DNA of 64,000 nucleotides from an uncultured Actinomycetes bacterium (GTDB lineage Bacteria; Actinomycetota; Thermoleophilia; RBG-16-64-13): NCBI GenBank assembly GCA_963814365.1, contig CAWFCL010000004.1, positions 495,659 to 559,658 of the forward strand, read 5' to 3'. Shown piece by piece: positions 53,373 to 64,000 of this stretch (position 1 is its first letter; each line of letters starts with the position of its first letter). The notes under the pieces were generated by a model. It saw only the letters and a program-made list of their open reading frames with translations, ran no database searches and was not told where the DNA came from. The position numbers and the translations under genes were made by a program.

Positions 53373-53714
53373 ATGAAGTACGTCATAGCCATCATCCAAC
53401 CGGACCGTCTCGACGAGGTCATGGCTGAACTGGAGCAACAAGCGATCAACCTCATTACGGTGTCCGACGTGATGGGCCGTGGTCGGCAGAAGGGTGTCGC
53501 CGAGGTCTATCGGAGTCATGTAGATCGAGGCGGGCTTCTACGCAAGACCAAGATCGAGATAGCCGTCAACGATGAGTACCTGGGGCCGACCGTTGAAGCG
53601 ATTACCAAAGGCGGTCGCACCGGCAACATCGGTGATGGCAAGATATTCGTCTTCGAGCTCGAGGAGTGCGTAAGGATACGTACCGGAGAGACTGGCAACG
53701 TCGCGATAGGCTGA
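53373..53714 (+). CDS. glnK: PII nitrogen regulatory protein (copy 2)
   Basis: Near-identical protein to copy 1. Confidence 0.95.
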   Translation: MKYVIAIIQPDRLDEVMAELEQQAINLITVSDVMGRGRQKGVAEVYRSHVDRGGLLRKTKIEIAVNDEYLGPTVEAITKGGRTGNIGDGKIFVFELEECVRIRTGETGNVAIG

Positions 53715-53736
53715 CCCGGCAGTGCCCGGGTCTTGT

Positions 53737-56700
53737 CTATCTGCGCGGGTGGACTTGATCCAGGACTGTTCTTACAGCCTCGGCCAACTGCTGGGGTGTG
53801 AACGGTTTTTGGAGGAAGTTGATGCCTTCTGCGAAGCGGTCGTCATCCGCTAGGACATCGTCTGTGTATCCCGATACGTACAGCGTCCTGATAGAAGGGC
53901 GCACGTCGCGCAGACGCTGGGAGAGTTCCCATCCGGTCATCTCGGGCATGACGACGTCTGTTATCACGAGCGCTATGTCTGCCGAATGCTCCTTGGCGAG
54001 ATCCAGGGCGCGGTGCGGGGTGTCGGCCGCAAGAACCGTGTAATTGAGGCGTTCAAGGATCCTGGAGGCTAGACGGAGGACCGAGGGCTCATCCTCCACC
54101 ACCAGCAGGGTCTCCATGCCGCCTGCCGTGGGAGGTGCTTGTGGGGTCGACGATGGTCTGTCCGACAACGGAGCGTCGACCAGGGGCAGGTAGACGGTCA
54201 CCGTCGTCCCCTCGCCTTTGCCAGAGAGAACCTCTATAAAGCCGTTGTTCTGGCGGACTATGCCGTACACGGTGGCTAAGCCGAGCCCCGTGCCCTCACC
54301 CACGTCCTTGGTGGTGAAGAACGGCTCGAACATGTGCTCGATCGCCTCGGGAGTCATGCCTGCACCATCGTCGGCTATCGAGAGGGCGAGGTAGTCACCT
54401 GGCGAGGCGCCCTCTCGGTCTAGGCATTCCGCTTCGTCCATGGTCACGCGCGATGTGGCGATCTGGACACGGCCGTGGCCGGATACCGCATCACGAGCGT
54501 TGAGGCATAGATTCACAAGCACTTGGTCCAGCTGTGCAGGATCCATTTCGACCTGTCCAAGCTCCTCTCCTGGGTGCCACCCCAGTTGGACGCGCTCCCC
54601 GATAAGTCCGCGGAGCATGTCTAAAGTACCCTCGACGGCCGAGTTGAGGTCGATGATCATGGGCGAGGCTACTTGGCGGCGGGCGAAGGCGAGCAGCTGC
54701 TGGGTGATATTGGCGGAGTGGTTTGCAGCATTCCGTATCTCTGTGAGGTCAACATGAAGCGGATCGTCCCCGGCCGCCTGTTCGAGCGCCAGTTCGACAT
54801 GGCCAAGAATGACCGCCAGCATATTGTTGAAGTCGTGAGCCACGCCGCCCGCAAGTCGGCCGATCGACTCCATCTTCGCGGCCTGCCTGAGCTGTTCTTG
54901 GAGTCTCTCTTGCTCTGCCTGGGCAGCTTTGGCTTCGGTCAGGTCGCGTACGGTGGCGAGGATCCGCTGCTTACCCTCGGAGGAGAGGAAGGGCGCCGTC
55001 TTGATCTCCACCGGCAGCTCCGAACCGTCCTTGCGCATGTGCCGCCACTCGAACACGGTGCCGCCCGATGCTAGAGTCTCGCCCACGTGCTCACCCGCCC
55101 GAGCGCGCACAGATGGTGCCGCCAGGTCTCGGTAGCTCATCCTGAGCAGTTCATCTCGAGAGTATCCATATGTGTCGATGGCGGCTTGGTTGCAGTCGAG
55201 AAAATGGCCACCGGGGTCACTCAAGAGCACCGCATGGGGGCTGGAGTCGAAGAGCCTGCGGTTGCGGGTATCGCTCTCCTGCAAGGCGGCTTCGGCCTGT
55301 TTGCGGGCCACTGTGTACCAGGCAAGGTCCACGAAGCCAGACACCGTCTGAACATCCTGCTCTGTGTAATCGGTCTGTTTGTTGCCAAGGGCGAACACCG
55401 CGACGATCTTGTCGGACCGGAACACTGGGACGGTGAGGATGCGTGTCAGCGGCACGTGGCCCTCGGGCAGGCCGTTGCGGTGGCTCTGGGCGTGGTAGTC
55501 GTTATAGACAAGGGGCCTTCGCTCTCTGGCGCAGTCTGCCCAAATACCCGCCTTGGAGAGCACATGGTGAAGGCCTTGGGACTCGATGGGGCAGGTCGTG
55601 GCTTCATCCAGGGAGGCCCAGGCAGCCGCGGTGAATACTTCGCCATCGCTGACCATGAAGTTGCAGAAGCCTATCGGGCTGGCAGTCAGGAGTTCCAGCG
55701 CTCGGAGAGCGCCCTGCAAGAAGCGTTCCACTGTCGCATCGGGGGCGGACTCCAACACCCGCAGGCGGGCATCGCGTACCGCCTCTTCTCGTCTTTGCTC
55801 AGTGATGTCTCTAGCAGTGGAGAGTGCTCCTATCACCTGTCCTTCGGAGTCTCTCAGGACGCGGCACCACCACATCAAGAGCCGTTGCTGTCCGTCCTTG
55901 CGGCGCTGCCAACTCTCCACGTTCTGGCTGTCAGTCTCGCCGGCGAACAGCGATTCGACGGCGGCATACGTCTCTTGCGGGTCGACGATGTATTCCGCCG
56001 CCTCTCTCCCGATAACGTCATCGCCAAAGAAATCCAGAGCGGCCCTGTTCGCCCACGTGTACACCTTGTTCTCGTCCACTTCGGCGACGATGTCCGGGAT
56101 CGTCTGGATTATCGCTTGGTTCCGCCTGCTGATCTTGAGCAAGGACTCTTCGACCAACTTGCGGTGGGTTATGTCGCGGACCACCGCCAGGACGGCGGCT
56201 TGATCCATATAGGACGTCGCACTGAGACTGATCTCTACCGGGGTGGTGTGCCCGTCGCCGGAGCGGTGCTCGGTCTCTACAACCCTAGGATGACCCGCGG
56301 CCACGTCCGCCAGAATCTTGTCGATCGTGTCGCGCCCCAGAAGGTTGTCGATGTCGGCTGGGGTCATCGTCAGGAGCTGCTCCCGCGAGTAGCCCAGCAT
56401 CTCTGAGGCCTTGGTGTTGATCTCCAGGAATCTGCCCGCAGGCCCTACCACAAAGGCAGCATCGTTCATGGAGTGGATGAGGTGCCGGTAGGCTCGATCA
56501 CGCTCGTGGCGCGCGGTAACGTCACGGACGACACCCAAGTAGTATGTGACTCCGGGCAGCCGCAATGCGCTCAGCGTTATCTCTACGGGCAACACCAAGC
56601 CATCCTTGCGCCGCAGATGGGTTTCGAAAGTGACATGCCCGCCTTCGCGGACGGTCTTCCATCTCTCATCGGCTCGGATCGAACAGAATTCCGCGGATAC

Positions 56701-56895
56701 GTCCGGGATGGTCTTGCCTAGGAGTTCCTCGCGGGTGTAGCCCAGTAGTCTGCAGGCTTTGGCATTGACGTCGATGATGCGAGTGCCCTCGGCGTGGACG
56801 AAGAAGGCATCACCCGCCTGGTCGACCAGGGCGGAATAGGGCATCGCCTCAGGGTGCTTTGCTTTCTTCTGCACCATGTACTCCGGCTTCATCAT
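53737..56895 (-). CDS. Hybrid sensor histidine kinase (multiple PAS, GAF, HisKA, HATPase, receiver)
   Basis: PAS/PAC repeats (RKDG..PVEI..RD), LAGGVAHDFNN, NLCLNARDA, FEPFFTTK..GEGTGLGL, LVVEDE...ITDVVMP...KPF. Confidence 0.93.
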   Translation of the reverse strand: MMKPEYMVQKKAKHPEAMPYSALVDQAGDAFFVHAEGTRIIDVNAKACRLLGYTREELLGKTIPDVSAEFCSIRADERWKTVREGGHVTFETHLRRKDGLVLPVEITLSALRLPGVTYYLGVVRDVTARHERDRAYRHLIHSMNDAAFVVGPAGRFLEINTKASEMLGYSREQLLTMTPADIDNLLGRDTIDKILADVAAGHPRVVETEHRSGDGHTTPVEISLSATSYMDQAAVLAVVRDITHRKLVEESLLKISRRNQAIIQTIPDIVAEVDENKVYTWANRAALDFFGDDVIGREAAEYIVDPQETYAAVESLFAGETDSQNVESWQRRKDGQQRLLMWWCRVLRDSEGQVIGALSTARDITEQRREEAVRDARLRVLESAPDATVERFLQGALRALELLTASPIGFCNFMVSDGEVFTAAAWASLDEATTCPIESQGLHHVLSKAGIWADCARERRPLVYNDYHAQSHRNGLPEGHVPLTRILTVPVFRSDKIVAVFALGNKQTDYTEQDVQTVSGFVDLAWYTVARKQAEAALQESDTRNRRLFDSSPHAVLLSDPGGHFLDCNQAAIDTYGYSRDELLRMSYRDLAAPSVRARAGEHVGETLASGGTVFEWRHMRKDGSELPVEIKTAPFLSSEGKQRILATVRDLTEAKAAQAEQERLQEQLRQAAKMESIGRLAGGVAHDFNNMLAVILGHVELALEQAAGDDPLHVDLTEIRNAANHSANITQQLLAFARRQVASPMIIDLNSAVEGTLDMLRGLIGERVQLGWHPGEELGQVEMDPAQLDQVLVNLCLNARDAVSGHGRVQIATSRVTMDEAECLDREGASPGDYLALSIADDGAGMTPEAIEHMFEPFFTTKDVGEGTGLGLATVYGIVRQNNGFIEVLSGKGEGTTVTVYLPLVDAPLSDRPSSTPQAPPTAGGMETLLVVEDEPSVLRLASRILERLNYTVLAADTPHRALDLAKEHSADIALVITDVVMPEMTGWELSQRLRDVRPSIRTLYVSGYTDDVLADDDRFAEGINFLQKPFTPQQLAEAVRTVLDQVHPRR

Positions 56896-56945
56896 AGTGA
56901 TGCTCTCTGCCTGCTACACGCTTCGCATACCATATCAGCCCAGAC

Positions 56946-56984
56946 AAAGAAAAAGCGCCCGGCACCTGGGGAAGTGCCGGGCGC
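56946..56984 (-). terminator. Intrinsic terminator of glnA
   Basis: GCGCCCGGCAC...GTGCCGGGCGC stem with an adjacent A-tract (U-tract on the minus strand). Confidence 0.8.
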
Positions 56985-56999
56985 GCAAGAGGGGGCCGC

Positions 57000-58331
57000 C
57001 TATAGGATGGGCAGGTACCTATCGACCTCGTAGGGGGTGATCAGCATCTTGTATGTGTCCCATTCTTCCTGCTTGTTCTTGATCAGGTAGTCACACACGT
57101 GATCGCCCAGGGCTTCGCGCACGAACTTGGACTCGCTGAAGGCCGTGATGGCTTCGTTGAGATCACCAGGGAGTGACCCGATGCCTGCCTTGTCGCGCTC
57201 GGCCTCGGTCATCTCGAAGATGTTGTTGCTGGCCTCGGGCGGCAGCTCCATGCCCTTCTCGATACCGTCTAGGCCGGCAGCCAACATGGCGGCGAAGGCC
57301 AGGTACGGGTTGCATGCGGGGTCGGGGTTGCGCAGTTCGATGCGGGTGGCGTTCTCTTTGCCAGGCTTGTACAGCGGGACCCGGACCATCGCGGAGCGGT
57401 TGCGCCGCGACCAGCAGATGTACACGGGAGCCTCGTAGCCCGGGACCAGACGCTTGTAGGAGTTCACCCACTGGTTGGTCAGAAGGGCGATCTCGCGGAC
57501 GTGCGCCAACAAGCCGGCGATGTAGGACTTGCCGACCTTGCTGAGGTTGTACTCATCGTCGCCATCAAAGAAGGCGTTACGGTTGCCTTTGAAGAGTGAC
57601 TGATGTACGTGCATGCCCGAGCCGTTGACCCCGTAGATGGGTTTGGGCATGAAGGTGGCGTACAGCCCCTTCATCTGGGCGATCTCTTTGACGGTCAGGC
57701 GGTAGGTCATCACCTGGTCGGCCATCGTCAGTACGTCTTTGTAGCGGAGGTCGATCTCGTGCTGCGAGGGCGCCACCTCGTGGTGCGAGTACTCGACCTG
57801 GATGCCGAAGTCGTGTAGCGCATTTATGGTGTCGCGTCGCAGGTCACTGCCGGCGTCGAGGGTGGTGAGGTCGAAGTAGCCGCCCTGATCGAGGACCTCG
57901 GTGCCTTCGCTGTCCTTGAAGTAGAAGAACTCCAACTCAGGCCCCACATTCATGGTGTAGCCCATGGCCTCAGCCCTGGCCACCACCTTCCTGAGGACGT
58001 TGCGTGGATCTCCGGGGAAGGGCTCGCCATTAGGCTGGCGGATCTCGCAGAACATGCGGGCTGCTCCACCCTCGCCAGCGCGCCAGGGGAGGACGCTGAA
58101 GGTGCTGGGGTCGGGGTACGCGACCATGTCCGACTCTTCGATGCGGGCAAAGCCCAGGATGGACGAACCGTCGAAGCCCATGCCTTCGTCGAAAGCGCCC
58201 TCCAACTCCGCCGGTGTCACGGCGAAGCTTTTGAGGAAGCCAAGCACGTCCGTAAACCAGAAGCGGACGAACTTGATCTTCTTCTCCTCAACGATCTTTA
58301 GGACATCCTCTTTAGTGAGTTTGTCAGCCAT
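57000..58331 (-). CDS. glnA: Glutamine synthetase type I
   Basis: FDGSSI, GPELEF, HHEVAPSQHEID, ATFMPKP...NGSGMHVH, RIELRNPDPACNPY. 443 aa, GSI-alpha size. Confidence 0.97.
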   Translation of the reverse strand: MADKLTKEDVLKIVEEKKIKFVRFWFTDVLGFLKSFAVTPAELEGAFDEGMGFDGSSILGFARIEESDMVAYPDPSTFSVLPWRAGEGGAARMFCEIRQPNGEPFPGDPRNVLRKVVARAEAMGYTMNVGPELEFFYFKDSEGTEVLDQGGYFDLTTLDAGSDLRRDTINALHDFGIQVEYSHHEVAPSQHEIDLRYKDVLTMADQVMTYRLTVKEIAQMKGLYATFMPKPIYGVNGSGMHVHQSLFKGNRNAFFDGDDEYNLSKVGKSYIAGLLAHVREIALLTNQWVNSYKRLVPGYEAPVYICWSRRNRSAMVRVPLYKPGKENATRIELRNPDPACNPYLAFAAMLAAGLDGIEKGMELPPEASNNIFEMTEAERDKAGIGSLPGDLNEAITAFSESKFVREALGDHVCDYLIKNKQEEWDTYKMLITPYEVDRYLPIL

Positions 58332-58401
58332 CAGCCGCTCCTTTCACGGATCGGGTCGTGTCCGAGGATACAAACATAGCAGCAGATATCACGCTGTTGT
58401 C

Positions 58402-58447
58402 CATCCATGTGGCCAGACTTGCTACCTTGCGGATGTACACATGGCCA
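58402..58447. promoter_or_regulatory. Paired palindromic boxes upstream of glnA
   Basis: CATCCA-tg-TGGCCA (58402) and TGTACA-ca-TGGCCA (58434), 32 bp apart. Confidence 0.65.
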
Positions 58448-58449
58448 AG

Positions 58450-59883
58450 TCACGAGCCCTCTGACAGATGGTCGGCGACTTGGTGTGCGGTGCGGATGCC
58501 ATCGTTGATCGCATGGACCACCAGAGAAGCGCCGCGCTGCATGTCACCGGCCACGAACACCCCTTCAATGTTGGTCATATGGCTCTCGTCTCGGGCAATG
58601 AAGCCGCGGCTGTCGGTCTCTATCTGGAGGTCTTCCACCAAGGCGGTCGGCGTGGGCGCCACGAACCCCAGTGCCAGAAGTACCAGGTCTGCCTCGATGC
58701 TAAACGCTTCGACGGGACGGGGGCAGAGGCGGCCGGTGCTGTCATCCATGTCCCAGTCGACTTTGGAGCACTGCAGACTTGTGACGGACCCCTTCTGGCC
58801 GACGAAAGCGGTGGTATCCACATTCCACATCCTGGTGCCGCCCTCTTTGTGGCTACTGGAGTCGCGTCTGATCAGTGGCCACTCCGGCCAAGGGGTCGTC
58901 TCGGAGCGTGTCGCTGGAGGCTCTGGCAGTATCTCCACCTGCACCACATCCTTGGCTCCCTGTCGCCACGATGTACCTACGCAGTCGGAGCCGGTGTCAC
59001 CTCCGCCTATGACCACTACTCGCTTGCCTTGGGCCGTGATGCGTTGCTCGGGTGCGATCGAGTCACCGTCGACGATGCGGTTCTGCTGGGTGAGGAAGTC
59101 CATGGCGAAGTGTATGCCGGCCAAGTCGCGTCCGGGTATCGAGAGGTTGCGGGGGACACCCGCTCCGCCGGCCAGGACTATGGCGTCGAACCTGTCACGA
59201 AGGAAGCGGGCAGACACGTCGTCGCCGACCTTGACGCCACATTCGAAAGTGACGCCCTCTTCTCGCATGAGCTCGACACGTCGGTCGACGATCTTCTTCT
59301 CCAGTTTGAAGTCGGGGATGCCGTAGCGAAGGATGCCTCCGGGGTGTGGGTCCTTCTCGTACACGGTGACGTTGAATCCGGCCCGGTTCAGCGTGAAGGC
59401 CGTGGCCAGACCTGCCGGACCCGACCCCACCACGGCGACGTGTTGTTCGCGGCGCCGGCCCGGGGGCTGCGCCGCCATGTATCCCCGCTCGAAACCTTCG
59501 TCGCTGATGGCGAGTTCGATCTTGCAGATATTCACTGCCGGACGGATGAGGCCCAGCACGCAAGCGCCCTCGCAAGGCGCCGGACATATACGGCCGGTGA
59601 ATTCAGGGAAGCAGTTGGTGGACAGCAACAGGTCGAGCGCCTCTTTCCAGCGCCGGTTATAGACCTGTTCGTTCCATTCGGGGACGAGGTTGCCGAGCGG
59701 GCAACCGCTCGGCGCAGCGTGGCAGAAGGGGGTGCCACAGTTCATGCAGCGCGCAGCCTGCACGTTGATCTCGTCGTCTGAGAGGGGCAGGTCTACCGCG
59801 CGGTAGTCTTTGGTGCGCTCGCGGACAGGCCGATGCGCGACGTCTTGTCGCTTCAGATCTAGGAAGTCTCTCTCTCGCGCCAT
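58450..59883 (-). CDS. gltD: Glutamate synthase small subunit
   Basis: RCMNCGTPFCH, GRICPAPCEGAC, GSGPAGL, GGGDTGSDC. Confidence 0.95.
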   Translation of the reverse strand: MARERDFLDLKRQDVAHRPVRERTKDYRAVDLPLSDDEINVQAARCMNCGTPFCHAAPSGCPLGNLVPEWNEQVYNRRWKEALDLLLSTNCFPEFTGRICPAPCEGACVLGLIRPAVNICKIELAISDEGFERGYMAAQPPGRRREQHVAVVGSGPAGLATAFTLNRAGFNVTVYEKDPHPGGILRYGIPDFKLEKKIVDRRVELMREEGVTFECGVKVGDDVSARFLRDRFDAIVLAGGAGVPRNLSIPGRDLAGIHFAMDFLTQQNRIVDGDSIAPEQRITAQGKRVVVIGGGDTGSDCVGTSWRQGAKDVVQVEILPEPPATRSETTPWPEWPLIRRDSSSHKEGGTRMWNVDTTAFVGQKGSVTSLQCSKVDWDMDDSTGRLCPRPVEAFSIEADLVLLALGFVAPTPTALVEDLQIETDSRGFIARDESHMTNIEGVFVAGDMQRGASLVVHAINDGIRTAHQVADHLSEGS

Positions 59884-59889
59884 GGTCGC

Positions 59890-62800
59890 CTAGTCTCTTT
59901 CTACTTCTTGGCGCTCGACCGCCTCGTCCTCTTGGCTCAGCACACCGAGTGCCCGCTTGTACTCAGTGGGGAAGACCTTGACGAAGTGGGGGAGCGAAGA
60001 CTCCCACCTGTCCAGAATGGCATATGCCTTGCGGCTGTTGGTGTACCGCAGGTGTCGCTCGATCATAGTGCGGAGTTCGGCCTGGTCTTGGGCATCGGTC
60101 ATCAGTTCCAGGTCTACCATGCCCAAGTTGCACTTGTTGTCAAAGAGTCCGGTCTCGTCGAAGACATAGGCTATGCCGCCACTCATGCCGGCGGCGAAGT
60201 TCAGCCCCGTGGGGCCTAGCACGGCTACGCGGCCACCCGTCATGTACTCGCAGCCATGGTCGCCGATGCCCTCGACGACGGCCCAGGCCCCGCTGTTGCG
60301 GATGGCGAAACGCTCGCCGGCATGGCCGCAGATGTATGCCTCGCCGGAAGTTGCTCCGTAGAGAGCAACGTTGCCGGCGATGATGTCTTCTCTAGAGTCG
60401 AACTCCGATGCAGAAGATGGCTTGACGACGATCTTGGCACCAGACAACCCCTTGCCCAGGTAGTCGTTGGCCTCTCCGTCCAGCATCAGAGTCATGCCCT
60501 TGCAGCAGAACGCCCCGAAGCTCTGTCCGGCGGATCCGTTGAACCGCATGGTGATCGTGTCGTCGGGAAGGCCTTTGCCTCCGTACTGGCGAGCTATGTT
60601 GCCCGACACGATAGTGCCCACCGCCCGATGGATGTTGCGTATGGGCAGGGTTATGGTGACGGGTCGGGCGGTCTCCAGAGTCTCGCGCACCAGCGGCACC
60701 ATCTTGCGATCCAGGGTCTTGTGCAGGTCGTGCTTGACCGCGGTGGTCTTGCGCACCTCCGTGGGTCCGGCCTGGGGACGGTAGAAGATCTTCGAGAAGT
60801 CCAGCCCTCGTGCCTTCCAGAAGGTCACTGCCTGGTTCACCTCCAGCAGGTCGCTGCGGCCGATGAGGTCGTCCACCTTGGCTATGCCCAACTCGGCCAT
60901 GAACTCACGAGCCTCGCGGGCGATCATGCGCATGAAGTTGACCACGTACTCGGGCTTGCCCGCGAAAAGGCTGCGAAGGTCGGGCTCCTGAGTGGCAATG
61001 CCGGCGGGACAAGTGTTCTTGTGGCACGCGCGCATCATCACGCATCCCAGGACAACGAGGGCGGTAGTGGCGAACCCGAACTCTTCGGCACCGAGCAGGG
61101 CGGCTATCACCACATCGCGACCTGTCTTCATCTGGCCATCGGCCTGCAGACGCACGCGGCTACGCAGACCATTGAGCACCAGCGTCTGTTGGGTCTCGGC
61201 CAGGCCGAGCTCCCACGGCCCGCCCACGGAGTGGACCGAGGATAGTGGTGCTGCTCCGGTTCCCCCGTCGCCACCACTTATGAGGATGACGTCAGCGCGT
61301 CCTTTGGCCACCCCCGCTGCTACGGTTCCCACGCCCACCTCAGAGACAAGCTTCACCGATATCCGCGCCTCTGGGTTGACGCAGCGCAGGTCGTAGATCA
61401 GTTGCTCCAGGTCTTCGATGGAGTAGATGTCGTGATGGGGGGGTGGGGAGATAAGGCTGACATATGGGGTGGAGTTGCGTGTCTTCGCGATCCAGGGATA
61501 GACCTTGCTGGCCGGCAGTTGGCCACCCTCACCTGGCTTGGCCCCCTGAGCGATCTTGATCTGCAGTTCGCGTGCGTTGACCAGGTACTCGGCCGTGACC
61601 CCGAAGCGACCGCTGGCGATCTGCTTGATCGCGCTGCAGCGGCTGTCACCGTTGGGTAGGGGCAAGTAGCGCTCCGGGTCTTCGCCGCCCTCTCCGCTGT
61701 TGCTCATGCCTCCCAGACGGTTCATGGCTATGGCCAGCGCCTCATGCGCCTCCTGACTGATGGAGCCGAAGGACATGGCGCCGGTGACGAAGCGCTTGAC
61801 TATCTCGGACTCGGGTTCGACCTCGGACAGGGGGATGGACTTGGTCTGCTTGAACTGGAACAATCCCCTGAGTGTGCTCTGTTGTCGCTGCTGATCGTTG
61901 ATCAAAGTGGTGTACTTCTTGAACAGCTGGTAGTCGTTGGTGCGTGTGGCCCGTTGCAGGTAGGTGATGGCTTCGGGAGTCCACAGGTGGCGTTCGCCCT
62001 GCTTGCGGTACGAGTATCGCCCACCGTCGGGTAGCACCTGGGGCGTCTCGGTGTAGGGCTGGTGTGCCGCCCTGTAGCGCGCTTCGGCCTCACGCACGAT
62101 CTCGTCCAGGCCGATGCCCTCTATGCGCGAGGAGGTGCCTTCGAAGTACTTGTCGACTACGTCGTGGTTCAGGCCAAGAGCCTCGAAGGCCTGTGCGCCT
62201 CGGTAGCTGCGCAGGGTGGAGATGCCGAGCTTCGACATGATCTTCAGTAAGCCGGTGCTAAGAGCCTTACAGTAGAGCTCCAGGGCGGTGGTCTCGCTGA
62301 CTTCTTTGCTGAGTCCGTTTCGAGAGGCAAGATCGGTGATGATCTCGCAGGCCAGATAGGGGTTGATGGCCGAGGCTCCATACCCGAGCAGCAAGGCCAT
62401 GTGCATCACCTCGCGGGCTTCGCCTGTCTCCGCGATGAGGTCCACTCCCGCGCGCTTGCCCACCAGGATAAGGTGTTGGTTGACGGCAGATACGGCCAGC
62501 AGAGCGGGGATGGCCATCGTCCCTTCGGGCAGACTCCCGGTCGCTGAGTACGATGATGTTCTCGCCCGCGGCCACCGCGGCTTCGGCTTCACGGCAGAGG
62601 GCATCCAGGGCCGCGGCCAGATCTTGACCCGTGCCGCCCACTGCGAAGCCGGCAGGCAGCGTGCGACACAAGAAGCCCGGCTCGTCCAAGTCGCGCAGGC
62701 GGGCAAGGTCTTTGGTGGAGAGGATGAGGCTGGTGAGCTTCACCAGACGGGCCTGCTGCGGAGTCTCCGCGAGCAGGTTGCCAGAAGAGCCGATGAAGGT

Positions 62801-64000
62801 CATCAGTGACATGACCAGCTCTTCGCGGATGGAGTCGATCGCCGGGTTGGTGACTTGGGCGAAGAGCTGCTTGAAGTACCAGTAGAGGAGCTGGGGTTGC
62901 TCGTCCAGGACGGCCAGAGGCTCGTCGGCGCCCATAGAACCGACCGGCTCGTGGCCGGTGGTGGCCATGGGGTCGAGTACAGATTTGAGGTCTTCCCGGG
63001 TGTAGCCGAAGTACTTCTGGCGTTTGAGCAGGGTGTCAGGGTCTGAGGCGGCAGGAGAGAGAGCACCGAACAGACCGTGGACCTCGACCTTGTTCTCTTC
63101 TACCCAGCGCCGATAGGGCTGTCTGCGGGCCAGTTGGGTCTTGATCTCGACATCGCCGAGCACCCGGTGCTCGTGCAGGTCCACCAATATCATCCTGCCC
63201 GGTCGTAGCGAGCCGCGCTCGCGCACCTGCGCTGGAGGGATGTTGAGCACTCCCGCCTCCGACGCGAACACCATGAAGCCGTCTTTGGTGATGGTGTAGC
63301 GAGCGGGGCGTAGACCGTTGCGGTCCAGCAGGGCTCCGACTCGGAGCCCGTCACTGAAGACCACGGCCGCGGGTCCGTCCCAGGGCTCCATGAGCCCCGC
63401 GTGATACTCAAAGAAGCCGCGTAGGTCAGGACCCATGGGGTACTTCACACCCCAAGCCTGCGGTATGAGCATGGCCATGGAGTGATGCAGACTGCGGCCC
63501 GCTGTGGTCAGGAGTTCCAGGGCGTTGTCCAGACAGGCCGAGTCGCTGCCCTGGGGGTCTACCACCGGCAACAGCTTCTTCATGTCGCTGCCGAACAGGT
63601 CGGATTCCAGGACCGGTTCGCGCGCGCGCATGTGGTTGATGTTGCCGCGCAGGGTGTTGATCTCGCCGTTGTGGGCCAAGAAGCGGAACGGTTGTGCCAG
63701 CTCCCAAGATGGGAAGGTGTTGGTGCTATAGCGCTGATGGACGACGGTCAGTGCGCTCTCGAAGCGCGGGTCGTCGAGGTCAGCGTAGAAAGTGGCCACC
63801 TGGGTGGGAAGCAGTAGGCCTTTGTAGACGATCGTTCGGCACGAGAAACTGGGGATGTAGAAGCGCCATAGGTCTTCGGCCCCGTCCGCTTCGGTGGCCG
63901 CTTGGGTAACCGCTCGTTCGCATTCGCGACGTAGTACGTAGAGTTTTCTCTCGAGCGCCTCATACTCCAGAGCGCCATCTTCTACGAAGCACTGCCAGAC
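59890..64000 (-). CDS. gltB: Glutamate synthase large subunit (5'-partial; one frameshift at ~62535)
   Basis: [65 protein letters not shown]-terminal domain. Confidence 0.95.

Overview
GC-rich bacterial chromosome segment in two parts. Part 1 (1-24.2 kb) is an accessory polymorphic Rhs/YD-repeat cassette array. Six different C-terminal tips follow the conserved Y-x-Y-C-L-G-N-P-x4-D-[PS]-x-G motif, and each tip is followed by a predicted lipoprotein. Five of the six lipoproteins are beta-propeller repeat proteins from four unrelated repeat families (TolB/Msarc-like, WG, PQQ, Kelch x2). The array is interspersed with IS30, IS481 and IS3 remnants and two toxin-antitoxin loci. The Rhs cores carry optional inserts (an 80-codon Thr-rich stalk; a ~120-aa beta-sandwich), and three tips share a conserved post-cleavage ETGSRETD leader. 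Part 2 (24.4-64 kb) is mostly housekeeping: a divergent membrane pyrophosphatase, two KimA-like APC permeases, hutI, an MMPL transporter, a CoA-dehydratase activase pair, an HTH-MNT/HEPN pair, lipid and glycosyl transferases (four tandem GT2 paralogs), and a nitrogen cluster (PucR-family regulator, amtB-glnK x2, hybrid histidine kinase, glnA, gltD, gltB). Paired palindromic boxes spaced exactly 32 bp apart sit upstream of amtB1, amtB2 and glnA, suggesting a PucR-type nitrogen regulon. Several housekeeping genes are frameshifted, most likely through sequencing or assembly indels. All family calls come from motif recognition by eye; no database search was run.
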